A stretch of DNA of 64,000 nucleotides from Piromyces finnis finn. Its lineage: Eukaryota > Fungi > Neocallimastigomycota. Below the pieces are notes generated by a model, which was given only the letters and a program-made list of their open reading frames with translations, made no database searches and was not told the DNA's origin. The stretch is taken from assembly GCA_002104945.1 (NCBI GenBank), contig MCFH01000050.1, positions 345,027 through 409,026 of the forward strand, written 5' to 3'. Below, one piece after another: positions 41,952-56,116 of this stretch; position 1 is the stretch's first letter, and every line of letters begins with the position of its first letter. Made by a program: the position numbers and the translations under genes.

Positions 41952-44900
41952 TGTAAAAGTGAATTATTATAAAAAATATTAATAATTAAATAATCAGTTT
42001 TGTATAAAATAAGAAATCTTAATAAAGCACATTTATATAGCTACTTTATTATTTCATAGTACTTATAATAAAATAAGGATTAGATTAGATTATTAATTTT
42101 AATTATGTATTGTTATGGATTAGATTATCAAATTAAAAGGTTAAAATTTTCAATATTAAAAATAAAAAACAAAAATATTTTATTTATTTATTTATTTATT
42201 TATTAATAAATAAAATATCAACTTTAGCTTTTACAAAATATATTGCCTACTAGATTTTATTTATTATATATAATTCATTTATTGAATTTACATTATTAAT
42301 TTTTGTTAAAATTAAAAAAAAGTATTATTAAAAAACAACTTATTTTATTTATTAAAAAAAAATGGTTTTAATACATGTCATATATATACATTTTATGTAT
42401 ATTTTTAACTTTTTTATATTGTTCAATAATTATATTATAATAAGATTTTGAATAATTAATTATTTACAATCTTTATTTTGTTTTGAATGGATACAATTAG
42501 TTATTAAATATGATTATATATGAATAATAATGAATTAAGAAAAAACATGATAAATGTAAAATTTATAATGTCTAAAAAACATGATTTTATTAATTATTAA
42601 GAATAACGACAAAAATAGTATAAAAATAGTATGATTAATTATCCTTAATTTATATTTACTTAAATATATTTACATACAAATAATAATATTTATTACTTGT
42701 AAAAAGAATGATGATAGTCATCAAATTATTTAAAAGACTGTTAAACTATAATTTTTTTTTGCTATAGAAAATAGTTTATTTTTTTATCTTAAATTCTTTT
42801 TATTCTTATTATTTAAAGGGTAATTATACTTTGATGATTAAAAAAAAAGATGTATAATATATCTAAACTTTATTATTATTATTGTTGATAATAATCTTTA
42901 TAATTTTTTTTGAAAGTACTAATTCTTAAATGATAAATAATTATTAATCATTATGATAAACAATGATGATTTTCATTTCTTAATTAATAAGTTTTATTTT
43001 GTTTTATTAAATTAATTTATTGTCAATTTTTTTTTTTTTAAAAAGTATGTTATATGTCATTATTTTTAAATAACATCATTTAATATATAATTAATTTTAT
43101 TATTTTTTAAATTTATTATTATTAAAAAATTATAATTTATTATAATGACCGGCCGGTCTTTTTTTTTTTTTTTTTTAATTATAAAAAGTATAATAACTAA
43201 ATATAAAAGTGAATTTAAACTATTATTTTTTTTTTTTATATAGTGTAGAGTTTTTTTTGTAACCATTATTTCATATTAATTAAATTTTTTTCACTAATAA
43301 TTAAAGTTTAATAGAGCTTTTAAATTAATGTTATCTATAATAATAGGTATCATCTTATGTTGACAAGTAGATTAAATGACCCATTACGAAACAATAAATT
43401 GAATTATTTTTTCTAGTAATAAAGAAATATAATAAAGGTTTTATTGTTAATAAATGAAATAATAAATAAAATTTTTAACTTATTCATTAGCATTAAAATA
43501 TAATAACGAATTATAGATATAGGGTATAAATATTAATTTCTATATCTAAACAATAATGAATAATTTTGTAAAAGCGCTAATTATATTTTAGTAATGGATA
43601 GAATATTTTACAAGTATTTACTTTATTATTAATTCAAACTATAAAAAGTTAAATTATCATTTATTCTTAGTTTTAAACTTTGGCTAGGTTTTTTAATTTT
43701 CTTTGTGTAATTGCTTTTTTACAACCAATAAAATAAATTTAATATTTTATTCAGTAACTTTTTTTAATTTATTAAATTCTCATCTACTATCAACTGAGTT
43801 TTTTCCCTATATATAAAACAATAGGATGTAATATATTGAACTAATATGAAATTTATTATGAAGTAGAACCACATATTATTAAAGGATATATTTAATGGTT
43901 AATTAACATTAATATAAATATAAATATTTATTATTTATTAATAAAAATAGAAAGTGATGATTCATCCTTTTATTAATATTAATAATAATATCATTATTTA
44001 ATGATTTAATTATTTATAAAAATAAAAGGTTTCATTCCATAATCTTTTTTTATATTATTTTTATTTTTTCTTTTTTTTTAAAAAAAAAATTCCCTATAAG
44101 AATCCATAAATGGAAATTGTGTGAACCTTTTAATATAAAAATTTATTTCCACTATTGAAATCTTACTATTTTTTCAAATGTTAATTTCATTTTCATAATG
44201 CTACCTATTATTAAATCATTTATTTAAAATAAAATAAATATATATATAAGAAATTGATTTTATTAACTTTCAAAACTTCATTGTAATTTTTTTTAAATTT
44301 TTGCTGATATTTTGTACTTTAACCTTTTTTTTTTTTAATAATCATTCCACTTTTATTTCTTCTTTATTAAATTAATAAAAATTATTATATATAAAAGTAA
44401 TATTGTGTGCATATAAACCTTATATTTAAAATAGTCTTAATACATTTATTGTCTTAATTTAATTAAATAAAAATATACTTTTTAAAATTAATTTATATAA
44501 ATTGAAATATAAAAAATATAATAATAACAAAAAATGATATAATAATATATGATGCAATATAATATGTAATATAATAATATATAATGTAACAGTAAATTTT
44601 ATTATTTATTATTATTGTTTAAAATTTATATATATATTTTAGAATAACTATTATCCTATTAATTTACTTTTTATTACTTTAATAATAAATAAATTAGATA
44701 CAATATTAAAAAATGATGATGTCACAAAGTAATTAATTTAAAACAATAATAAATAAACTTTCTTAAACTTTTTTTATTATTTTTTTCTTTCATTCTATTT
44801 ATTAGAATAATAATTATAGTTATTAATAAAAAGAAAAAAGAAATTCCATTTAATTTCAGCAAAAAAAAAAAAAAAAAACGATATTTCATCCTATTACATG

Positions 44901-46212
44901 TACTACAATTAATTTAACCAATACCAAGTTTTGATAATAAACTATTATATCATTTTTTATTTTTATTTTTTTTAAACTAAGTTTTATCATAAAAAAAAAT
45001 ATATTAAAGTTTAAAAGTTAAAGTATTAACTATTATTATATATTATATATTATATATTATTTTAAATATTTTTATTTTTTTCTTAAAAAATTTTAAATTA
45101 AGAAAAGGAATAAAGAAAAAGATTGAGAAAGAAAGAATAGTTTATAATTAGAATTTTATATTTTAGGCTATTTGAATATATATTAATAAGTAATTTATTA
45201 TTTATATATATAAAGAATAACTTACAAATCTTTCTCAAGAAAAAAGTTGTTTGATTTTTTTTCATACTTTTTCTTTTCTAATTTTTACAAAGTTTTATAT
45301 TATATTTAAAGTGGTATTCTTATATATATACCAATTATATTACCATTTGTTCATTACTTATATATATTCCTTTTTTTTTATAGAATTTGTTCATTGTTCA
45401 TATTAAATTGATAAAGCGTTTAATACTATTTAATTTTTTTCTTTATTTTTTTAAAAAGAAAAATATATATATGAGTAGACACGAATATTTCTTAAAAAAT
45501 TGTAGTATTCATTTTAGAAATAAATAATTGAAAAGTATATGTAAGTTAATTATATTTTAATTATAATTAATTATCAAAACATATTGCTAAATAACTATAA
45601 CTAAAATATTATATATTTTTTTAATAAAAATTTCTTTTTTTTTTTTATTTTAATTTTTTTTTATAGTGTATAAAATTAAGTATATTTTTGATTAAATATA
45701 TATTAATTTTAAGAGTATATACTATCAAGAAACACTTTTAATATCAAATATAAAACAATTAAATAAAGTAAAATAAGTATATAAATATTCATATTAATTA
45801 CTTTATTTCATATTAAAGAAACTTTAATTTAGAAATAAAAAAGCTAGTCTTTTTCTTTCTCAAAATTCTCTTAAAAAAAATAATAATAATCTTCAAAATT
45901 TAGTCATAAAAACTTTCAAATAATATATTCATATATATATATTCATTTAAAATTTGAAAATAATAAATAAAAAGCAAAATTAACAATAAAAAAGTTATGA
46001 TGAAGAAAAATATTTAAGTCTACTTTATCGATAGGATTTTTGAAATTTTTTTATGACGAAAAAAAAAAGAGATTAATAACATTAACTTTTTTTCTTGAAA
46101 ATTTTTTTAGATAATATTTAAAAACAAACAAACAAACAAATCAATAATAATAATAATAATAATAATAAAAACAAATAAATTTTCAAAATTATATTGTAAT
46201 AAATAAAAATCA

Positions 46213-46239
<27 letters not shown>

Positions 46240-46244
<5 letters not shown>

Positions 46245-49200
46245 ATCACGAATATTCATGACAGTAGTATTGATAATACTTGCATTTAATGTATTTGTTT
46301 CGTCTCAAAATGTTTTAATTGACAGTAGTTCTATAAATACTGATATTAATAAAAGTAATGATGAAAAAATTTATATAAGTAATTCGAAAAATTTAACTAA
46401 ACACCTTACTCAAACAACTACAATTAATAAAATTAATAGTATTAGTAGAAGTGTAGTTACTAATAATTCTGCTCCCTCTGTAAATCATGACAATAAAAAT
46501 AATGTTAGTAACGCAACTGCTTCTGTTGTAAGTAGTAATGAAAGCAATGCTAATACTAATTCTTCTAATGATTCAAACTCATATATAATTGATAAAAATT
46601 TTAATTCAAATCAAGAAATCAATGAATTACAACAATTTTTGAATCAAATACATTTTAAAATATTGAAGCCAAAAGACAATTCAAAGATATACTCAAATAC
46701 TACTATTGATTTTGAATGGGAATGCGATATTCTATCAGAAATGGAACCATATAAAATTAGTGTCTATCTTCAAAATTTAGTAAATATACATTCTTTATTA
46801 AATATATTTATAAATATAATTTTATTTTTTTTTTTTACTAATTTATATAAACTAAATTTTATTTATTTTATAATGATTCTAGGAAAATGGTAAAGGTATA
46901 TTTATAAAAAGTTTTTTAAATCTTAATGATAAAAAAGGAAGCTATGCTATTGGTGAACTTGACCCGCATTCCTTAAATTATGCTTTATGGGTATATAGTA
47001 ACATTAAGGATAAACACTTATTTTATCAGGGACCAATTCTTGTTAATGGTAATTCCACTGATAGTAGTGCAAATACAAATAAATCAAATGATGCTGGAAA
47101 TCCAGGAATAGCTTTAAATTATGTTATTTGGGTTATCATTTTTGTAATTATTGTTTTGATTTTAATCATTTATATTTTATTATTAGTTGTAAAGGCTCGT
47201 AGAAGAAAAAACACTAATAACTATAATGAATATAAGAAAAATATTATGTATAATAATAATAAGGAATATAAAGAAGATTATAAAGGTTCACCGACAATTC
47301 ATAATTTATTAGGTATTAATGAAAATATGGATAAGCAAAAGGAGTATTATGTTCAAAAACAGTCATTAAATAGTAGTGGAAATTCAACGTTTACTATTAA
47401 TTCAATCGCAGAACAACTTTATAAAGCCGAGCAAGTTTATAATAATAAAGTTTTCAAAAATCCCGATAAACAAATTGAGCATTGTGCTCCATTAGTAGAT
47501 ATGTCTAGTATTTATCAATCAACAAAGGAAATACTAAATAAGAATACTCACTCAAACAATAAATCAATGAATGGATCATACTACAATAGAAAACTCATGG
47601 AAAGTAAAATAAATGGAATAAGTAAGGGTGAAGAAGAATCATTCATTGTTTTTGATGAAGTTAAAAATAATAAAAGAGTTAGCTTTGGATATCCTGAAGC
47701 AAATAGTAATAAAGTGTTATCTCAATCTGTAAGCTATTCAATGGCTGCTGAATCTGATCATGATATCCAAATAGATAATATTGAAAAGGATAAACATTCA
47801 AATGAAATGAATTATTCATCAGACGAAGAAAGGAATACGGATGAAGATTACATAATTAAAAATTCATTTTGTCTTAATTCTAAAGATTCTATTGATGCTT
47901 TTGAAGATATTTATTTGAATAAGCAAAGTGATTATGACAATGATAATGACATTGTAAAAATTGATTTTCCTTTAGCTGCCACAGTGACTACTGTTGAAGA
48001 ATTCTTAGCAGCCCATCGTGAATCATTTAATAAACGTTTATCTCGTTCTTCATCATTAATGAATAGCTCAACAACTTCATCAATACGGGAGTCAATTATT
48101 GGCAATCCACCTATAAATGTAATATCTAATTTAGGTAAACCAAATTCTGTTGTATCAGCAGATGAAAATTCAACATTGAATGGTAGTCCATTACTTACAG
48201 TAATGAATCAGCCTCGTAATCTAGCAAAAAAATCTAATAGTGTAGTTAGAATAAGTGGAAGTGATTGTAATAGTAGCAATGCTAATATAGATATAATGAA
48301 TGACTCTTTAATTGATGAATTAAATTCTCTTGAGAAGCAAATTCAACAACAAAAGCAACAAATGTATAATAATCAACAACTTAATCCTTTATTATCACCT
48401 AACCATCAACAAGATATTGATCCAGATCAATTGAATTTACAAATGGCTAATTTACATCAACAAGGTATTGATACCAACCAATATTTGCCATCTTTCCCTA
48501 ATAAGTATCTACCACTTTCTACATCAACCTTTCAACCTAACCCACCAGGCTATGCATCTCCTCCAATTCAACCAAAAACACTAGGTATGTCAGCATCCTC
48601 ACATCCATCTTCTACTCAAACAAAAGCAGCTTTACCAATACAAATGAAAACTCCATCACCTATTATTAAGAATAGACTTTCTCCACAATCTAAATCTCCA
48701 GTTAAAATACAAAGAATTTATAAGAATGGTGAGGTCATTGCTGAGAATAATGTTCAAATATCTCAGGAATCAGAAACTACTCTTCAAGCCCAGCAAACTA
48801 CTCAAGATACAGCATATGAAGAAAATGATGATGAGGTTGAAACTATTGTTGCTACACATGTATGTAATGCCTGGTATTCACCAAACATGCCAGATGAACT
48901 CCGTATGTGTCCAGGAGATGAACTTGTTATTTTGGAAAGATTTAATGATGGTTGGGGATTTGGTCAAAATACTAAGGGAGGTGTTGGTGTTTTCCCATTA
49001 GATTGCGTTACTCATATTGATTATGGTGATAAAAATGTCAATTCAGATGTTGAAATGGTATCATTATTTATGAAGCAACAACAATCTATTGCTGAAAACA
49101 ACCATTCTATTGGTATAAATAAGGAATATAATAGTTCTATTGCAAAGAATAATAATTCTATTACTAATGTAGATTATGACAATATTAAACCAAGTCATGC

Positions 49201-49438
49201 TGTTGTTTTTGATACCAGTGATATATTCTCTGATTATGATGATAATAGTCTTGAAATAGTATATGATAATAGTGTCTATGATAACTATTTGAAAAATAAT
49301 ACTAATGTTACTGAATACCACCCTCAATATCAGGATAGTTATAATCAAAAGTTGTATGTACCTCCAAAGAATAAAATGAGGAATACTACTAATAATAATA
49401 TTTATTCTAGTAATAATAATATACCTCTTCATTATTAG
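46240..49438 (+). CDS. Type-I membrane protein: signal peptide, S/T/N-rich and beta-sandwich-like ectodomain, TM helix, long cytoplasmic tail with an SH3 domain; 2 exons (46240-46779, 46883-49438)
   Basis: Hydrophobic N-terminus; an in-frame GT-AG intron at 46780-46882; TM YVIWVIIFVIIVLILIIYILLLVV followed by KARRRK; SH3 motif AWYSPNMPDELRMCPGDELVILERFNDGWGFG..GVFPLDCV. Confidence 0.85.
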
Positions 49439-49805
49439 ATAAAAATGAAATTTAAAAGTTTTAATTGATCAGAAGAATTAGTGAAAAAAAAAGAAAAGAA
49501 TAAACATTAACATGAAGGGAAGAAAATTTGTATTCAATAATAAATAATTTAATTAAATAATTATGATTTATACCTTAATTAAATTATTGTAGTTTTGTTT
49601 GTATATATTTACAGTTATAGTCTATCTATCTTATAGTGGTAATGAATATTAATAATTGATAATAAATTATATATGTTTATATATAATTTTTTTTAACAAC
49701 ATAAACACAACAATAATAACAACAACATCAACAAAAGAGTGCATAAAAAAAGAGATCAATTAATGAGAATGAAATAAATGTATTAGACAAATAATCAAAA
49801 AAAAA

Positions 49806-49838
<33 letters not shown>

Positions 49839-51141
49839 TATAAAGTTAAATTTAAAAATATTAATTATAATATGTTTTCTTTATTGGTTTTTTTCTATAT
49901 AAAATCTATTTAAATGTAAAGAAAATAATATAGATTAATAATTATTTTTTTTCTTTTAAATATATATTTTTATATCAATAGTTATTTTTGAATCATGTCC
50001 TAATTATTAGATTATTAATTTTTGATATATAAAATTTTAAAAATATTAGCATTATAAAAAAGGCAATTATATATATAAAAGGATATTTATGTATACAATG
50101 ACTGTCTCAATAGTGACTAATATTTTTCGTTAATCTAATTTTTTTTTTTTTATTTTAATATGTAAACAATAATTAATAAAAGAATACAAATTATTTTATA
50201 AATGTAAATAAGATATATGAAATAATGAAATAATTATTTTAATGTATTTGTCCTAAATCTCTTGCAATTTTAGCCAGACTTTATACCAGAAAATTTTCAA
50301 AAAATGGCCAAAATTTACATTATATTTTATTATTTTGTATTTTTTATTTGCATATATAATTTTAAATTAGAATTTTTAAAATATATATTTAACCAATCAT
50401 TTTATATTTTATTTCGCCCATTAATTCATTGATTGGTTATTAACGATTATTGAAAAATAAAAAAAGTATAAAAAAGAATGTTTATCATCTTTAATTTATA
50501 TAATTAAAATCTGTATGGTTGGAATTAAAAATAATAAATCATCGATAATAAACATATTACTATTATTGATAATTTATTAGAAAATTTAATTCAAATAAAG
50601 ATTAAAGAATAATTATTAATAACCATGATGAAAAAGCATAGATGTAATTTGTGTCTTCCTAATTCTTATGAGGAGAAAAATATGTCTGCCTTCCTACTGA
50701 AAGTTATAGTAATTATTTCTTTATTTAGTATTTATTAAATTTTTTTGACTAAATAATAAATTATTATTTGTAAGAAAATTTAATAAGTAAAAGTTACGTT
50801 AATAGTGATGAAAACCTTTTAATATACCTTAGTCATATTTTAAATATGTACCTGTTACTTTTAAAGTATATAGGAGAACCCACATGTTTGATATGAACGA
50901 ATGGTAGTAAAAAGTTTTTTAGATAAAACAGTCTGAATTAATGTAACAATTAAATAAATTAATGATGAATGTAAAAAAAATGTAGTTTTTCTAAAAGATA
51001 TATTTATTTATATGTTTTAATGTTAAATTTATTAATTTTGACAAAAAGAATAAATTTTATGTGATAATGTATTTAGGATAATATATGTTATAGTTTCGTT
51101 TTTTATTATTGTTATTTTTTTTTAAAAAATAATTATCTAAA

Positions 51142-52523
51142 TTATTCGTTATTATCGAGTTTATTTATTAAATCACTGTCGTTATTTAGGGTTATTGATC
51201 TTTGAAAAGTTACTTCTGAAAAATTAGCTGTGTTTCCTATTTCACTATTTTCTCTTGATAAAGTTTCATATTCATTATTATCCACGTTTTCATTATTTTT
51301 TGTTATTGTTTCTGATGATTCGTTATTGTCTTTAGTTTTAGAGTTTGACAATTGATGATTTTGGTCTTTATAAATATTAATGATGTCAAAAAATAGATTA
51401 TCAAAAAGTTTATTTACAGAATCTATATCTTTTGATGATATTTCAATGTACCTATTCATATTTAATTATTATTAAAAGTGGTAATATTAGATTATTATTA
51501 TTTAATTCATTAATATTTATAAAAATAAAAGTTTAGTTTTACTTAAAACCATTTTTTATTGCAAATTTTGATGCTTCTTCATATGAAATTACTCTTGTTT
51601 CTCTATCTAACTATTGTTATTATTTTAAAATTAATTTTCATTACTTTTTTGTTTTATTTTTATTTATATACTTTAATAGTATTCTTACTTTATTTCCTAT
51701 TAAATGAATGATTATTTCACTTTTATTCATGAATCTATTTATTTCTGTTAACCATTGAATTAAATTTTCAAAAGTTTTTCTAGTTGATAAATCAAAAACT
51801 AATAATACCTAGAAAAAAAAAATAGAGAAACAAATGTATAACATATAAAGGAATAATTAACCTCAATAATACTCTAAATATTTATTCATTACTGTAAAAA
51901 ATATAGTTATTATAATAATAATAAAACATAAAATTTATATATTTTTTTTGGAATCAATTGATTACCCCATGAGTATCTTTATAAAATTCATTTCTCACTT
52001 CAAAGTACAATGGATCTCCAGCTACATCCCAAAAATTTATTTTCACTTTTATTATGATGTATATTTCAATTAAATATAAAAAAAGTGTTACATAATTAAA
52101 AATATGAATAACACGGAAAGTATAAATAAAAATCAATGAATTAATAAATAATAAAAAAAAATTTATTTTTAATCTACCTTCAACATTTTCTATTGTTGTT
52201 GTTCTTACACCAAAATCAATACCAATTGTTGGTATATAATCCGTTATAAACTATATAATATCATAATATTATATATACATTTAATAAAAATATATTTTTA
52301 TACATAAATTATTTGAAATGAAAAAATATGTCATCCTTTTTTTTTTTTTTCTTTAAAGTTTTCATTTATAACATACTTTTCCTTCACAGTATGCTTTTAT
52401 TAAGGTTGATTTTCCGACAAAAGAATCACCTAATGTTAAAATTTTTATTCTTCCGCTTTCTGATGCCATTTTAACAGGTTTTGGTAAATGACCAGGTTCT
52501 CTTGTTATTAATGTAACTGTCAT
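51142..52523 (-). CDS. RJL: RJL-family (RBJ/DNAJC27-like, no J domain) small GTPase, multi-exon
   Basis: Exons join to IKILTLGDSFVGKSTLIKAYCEGK|FITDYIPTIGIDFG..|VKINFWDVAGDPLYFEVRNEFYKDTHG|VLLVFDL..IGNK|LD..|YIEISSK. FEVRNEFYKD is an RJL/RBJ hallmark. The switch-II Gln is replaced by Asp. Confidence 0.8.
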
Positions 52524-52733
52524 GACTATTACTATAGTACTTCAAGCTTTCTTTTTTTCCTTACAATTATATAGTCTTTTGTATTTTGTGTAATTTTTTT
52601 ATTCCCTACAATTATATAGTCTTTTGTATTTTGTGTAATTTTTTTTAAAGTTTTGTTTTTTTTTTTATATTTTATATTAATTAAATTTTATTAAAATTTT
52701 AAAAAAATATATACACTTTCTAGTTTTATTAAA

Positions 52734-52741
52734 TCACGTGA
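52734..52741. promoter_or_regulatory. Palindromic E-box TCACGTGA in the divergent RJL/ArfGAP intergenic region
   Basis: Matches the bHLH-ZIP (Cbf1-type RTCACGTG) site and lies about 210 bp upstream of the RJL ATG. Confidence 0.3.
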
Positions 52742-53457
52742 ATCATGTTTATTTAATTTCTTATTAATTTATACTAATATTGTTAACATCAAAAAACAAA
52801 AAAACCAACCAGTTGGTAATAATTATTTACTAAAAAAAAAAGAGAAAGAGGTAATAATAAAAAAATATAATTTTTAATATATATAATCTTTTTTTTCTCT
52901 CTCTTTTAGGTAAGAATTAATTATATACAAATATAAAATATTAAATATTAGTATATTTAAAAAAAGAAATGTAAAATTAAAGTATATTATAAATATATAT
53001 TAGTGCTTAATTTTATCATTATTATTTTTTGTTTATATTTATCATTTCATATTGTCTATTTATTGTTAATTTTTTTTTTATTGCTTCTAAACTTATTAAA
53101 AGTATAATGTGTAAATACGCAATTTCCTGTTTATTTACACATTATTTAATACTATTTTTATATAAATAATTTAAAAGATGGTGAAAAAATATATTATAAT
53201 ATACTCATTTACTGGAAAATTATAAATATAGTAATTTGAAATTTTTAAAAATAAGCTAAATCTATTCTATTTATTTATTTTTTAATATTACTTTTAAAAT
53301 GTTTTCCCAATAAACCATAATTTAAATATTTCAACCAAATAAATAATGAAATAAAATAAACTAGTTCTGTAGGATATATATCCAAAACACACATTTTTTT
53401 TTTTTCCTTTTTTATTTTTTTAAAAATTAATAAAGTTATATAATACGAATAATAAAA

Positions 53458-53672
53458 ATGAGTACAAGAACTGCCAGACAATCTTCCAAACAACAAAATG
53501 AAAGACATACAGCTATTCTTCGAGAATTAGTAAAACAACCAAGTAACAGGAGATGTGCTGATTGTAAAAGAAACGACCCACGTTGGGCTTCTTGGAATTT
53601 AGGTATTTTCATTTGTATTCGTTGTTCTGGTGTTCATCGTTCTATGGGTACCCATATTAGTAAAGGTATTGA

Positions 53673-53716
<44 letters not shown>

Positions 53717-55335
53717 TTTAAATGAATATAATTATAATCATTATTATTGCAATTGAGAATCTTTTATTTTTATCTTTAATATTACTAATATAATTTTTTA
53801 AAAAATTATCCTTTATTATAATAAATAGTCAAGTCTATTGATTTAGATACTTGGACCCCAGAACAAATTGAAGTAAATTTTAATATTAATTTTGAAATTT
53901 TATATATAAAAATAGTGATAGAATGCATATAGAAAATGAGAATAAAAATAAATTCAGAAGGAACTAAATAAATATTAATAATACTATTATTTTTTGTGTA
54001 TAAAGAATATGAAAAAATGGGGTAATTATAAAGCTAATTTATATTGGGAAGCTACTTTAACTGAAAGAGACAAGTTCCAAGAAAAGTAATTTTTCAATAA
54101 AATATTATTTTTGTAATGTAAAGGTTATAGTGATTAATATATTTATTTTAAAAAATTTAAAATAGTAATTTCGAAAGATGGATTCGTTCAAAGTATGAAT
54201 TTAAACGTTTTGTTAAGAGTAATGACATTCCAGATCCAGACACTTTACCAAATGAAGTAAATCTGAGATATATTATATATTTATTATTTTTTTATATTTA
54301 GATATTTATCAACTAATTAATAATATTTGTTTAATTACTATCTATATTTGTTGAATTCATTATGGAATAAATAATTACATATTATATATATATTTAAAAA
54401 ATATTAATTCAACAATTAAATCTAATATAATTTTTATTTTAAATAATAATGCGTTTCTGATTTTTCGATAACGATAACAACTATTGCAATAGAATGGTGA
54501 AAGTAATATTAGTTCTAGTACTACAAAACAATCTGCAAAACCATTAGTTAGTACAGAAGAAGTTCAAGGTGTATTTTCAACTACTAATAATACAAAGAAG
54601 TCATCTAATAATGTAGCTTCTAATTCTAGTAATCAAGATATTTTCTTATTCCAAGATTTTACCAATACAAACTCATCAAATAATAATTCTTCATCAACTA
54701 TCGATGCATTTAATAATACTTCATCTTCCACTACTACTAAACCATCAACAAATTCAAACCAACAAAACAAAGTCGATTTTAAATCAAGTATTTTATCATT
54801 ATATAATACCTCCAGTACTTCATCTTCTACAACAAACACCAATAATTTTGGTCAATTTAGTAATACATCAAACACAACAGGTATGCCATTAGCTTTCCAA
54901 GCTTCCCCAATGCAACCACAATCTTCAGGCTTTGGTTCTTCTATGCAACCAAGTACTATGGGTTTCAATAATATGATGCAACCTCAATCTTCTGGATTTG
55001 GTACTACTATGCAACCATCTAATAGTTTTGGTAATTTGCAAGGGGCATCTACTATGCAACCATCTAATAGTTTTGGTAATTTACAAGGTGCATCTACCAT
55101 GCAATCATCTAATAGTTTTAGTAATTTACAAGGTCAATCATTTATGCAACCAAGTAAACCAGCAGCTCCAAAACATGATCCATTTGATTTTATATCTTTA
55201 TCTTCTTTCTCAAACAATGCTAATACAACAAAAACAACCAATAGTTCAACTAATGCTACTAACAACAACAATAATGATGATTTTGCTGATTTCCAAACTG
55301 CTTCAACTGGAAATTCTAATTGGGCTAATTTCTAA
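53458..55335 (+). CDS. AGE2: ArfGAP, SMAP/Age2 type, 5 exons
   Basis: CADC..DPRWASWNLGIFICIRCSGVHRSMGTHISK|VKSIDLDTW, WGNYKANLYWEA, FERWIRSKYE, FKSSILSLY, and a low-complexity tail ending DDFADF..WANF. Confidence 0.93.
55005..55150 (+). repeat. Coding 45-bp tandem repeat (STMQPSNSFGNLQGA, about 3 copies) in the ArfGAP tail
   Basis: Directly visible in DNA and protein. Confidence 0.9.
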
Positions 55336-56116
55336 GCTTTTCATTATTAATAATAATAATCTAATAATATTAATTAATAAAGGATTGAAATATTACCCAT
55401 TATATATAAAAATAAATAGTTTAATATTCTATTAAAAAAATCATTTATTTATTTTAATGTTAAATTAATAATAAAGGTAATTTTTACCAATTTTTTTATA
55501 AAAAAAAAAATCACATTTACAAATCTTTTCACTGGATACTATATAATAAAATTGTTGAAAATATTTATAGAAAAAGTTTAATAGTAATTTTAAAAAAGAA
55601 GATAATAACAACATTCACAACAACAAAACAAAAACAGAAAAATAACCATAAATATTTTATAAAAATGTAATACAAATTAAAATAATAATAAAATAAAAAT
55701 AAAATAAAATAAAATAAAAACAATACTAATAAAAAAAAAAAGATATAAAAATATTATTACTTCATTATATAAAATGAAATGATAATTATCATTCAAATAT
55801 ATTAAAAATATTTTATTTATAAAAAAAGACAAAAATAAATATTTATATATTTGAATATTATTATTTTTCACCTTAATAATTTATTTATTTATTATTATTA
55901 TTCTTCATAATTTTTATCATGAATATATATATTTATATGAGGTATCTGAGAATTTAATTTTTAAATTTTTTTTTTTATTACTAAATTTAATAAAATTTAA
56001 AAAAGGTAATTTTATTTTATTTATTTTTTATTATTTTTATTATTTTTTACTATTTTTTTTTTAAATTACTTTTACTTGTTATTAATATCAATATTGACAT
56101 ATTGATATATAAAAAT

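Noticed and set aside
50580-50990. Possible transposase relic
   Set aside because: Slightly GC-elevated, but no recognisable motif in any frame.
24689-55335. Functional cluster of trafficking genes (Arf GEF, ArfGAP, small GTPase)
   Set aside because: They are separated by more than 20 kb and unrelated genes; there is no evidence beyond coincidence.
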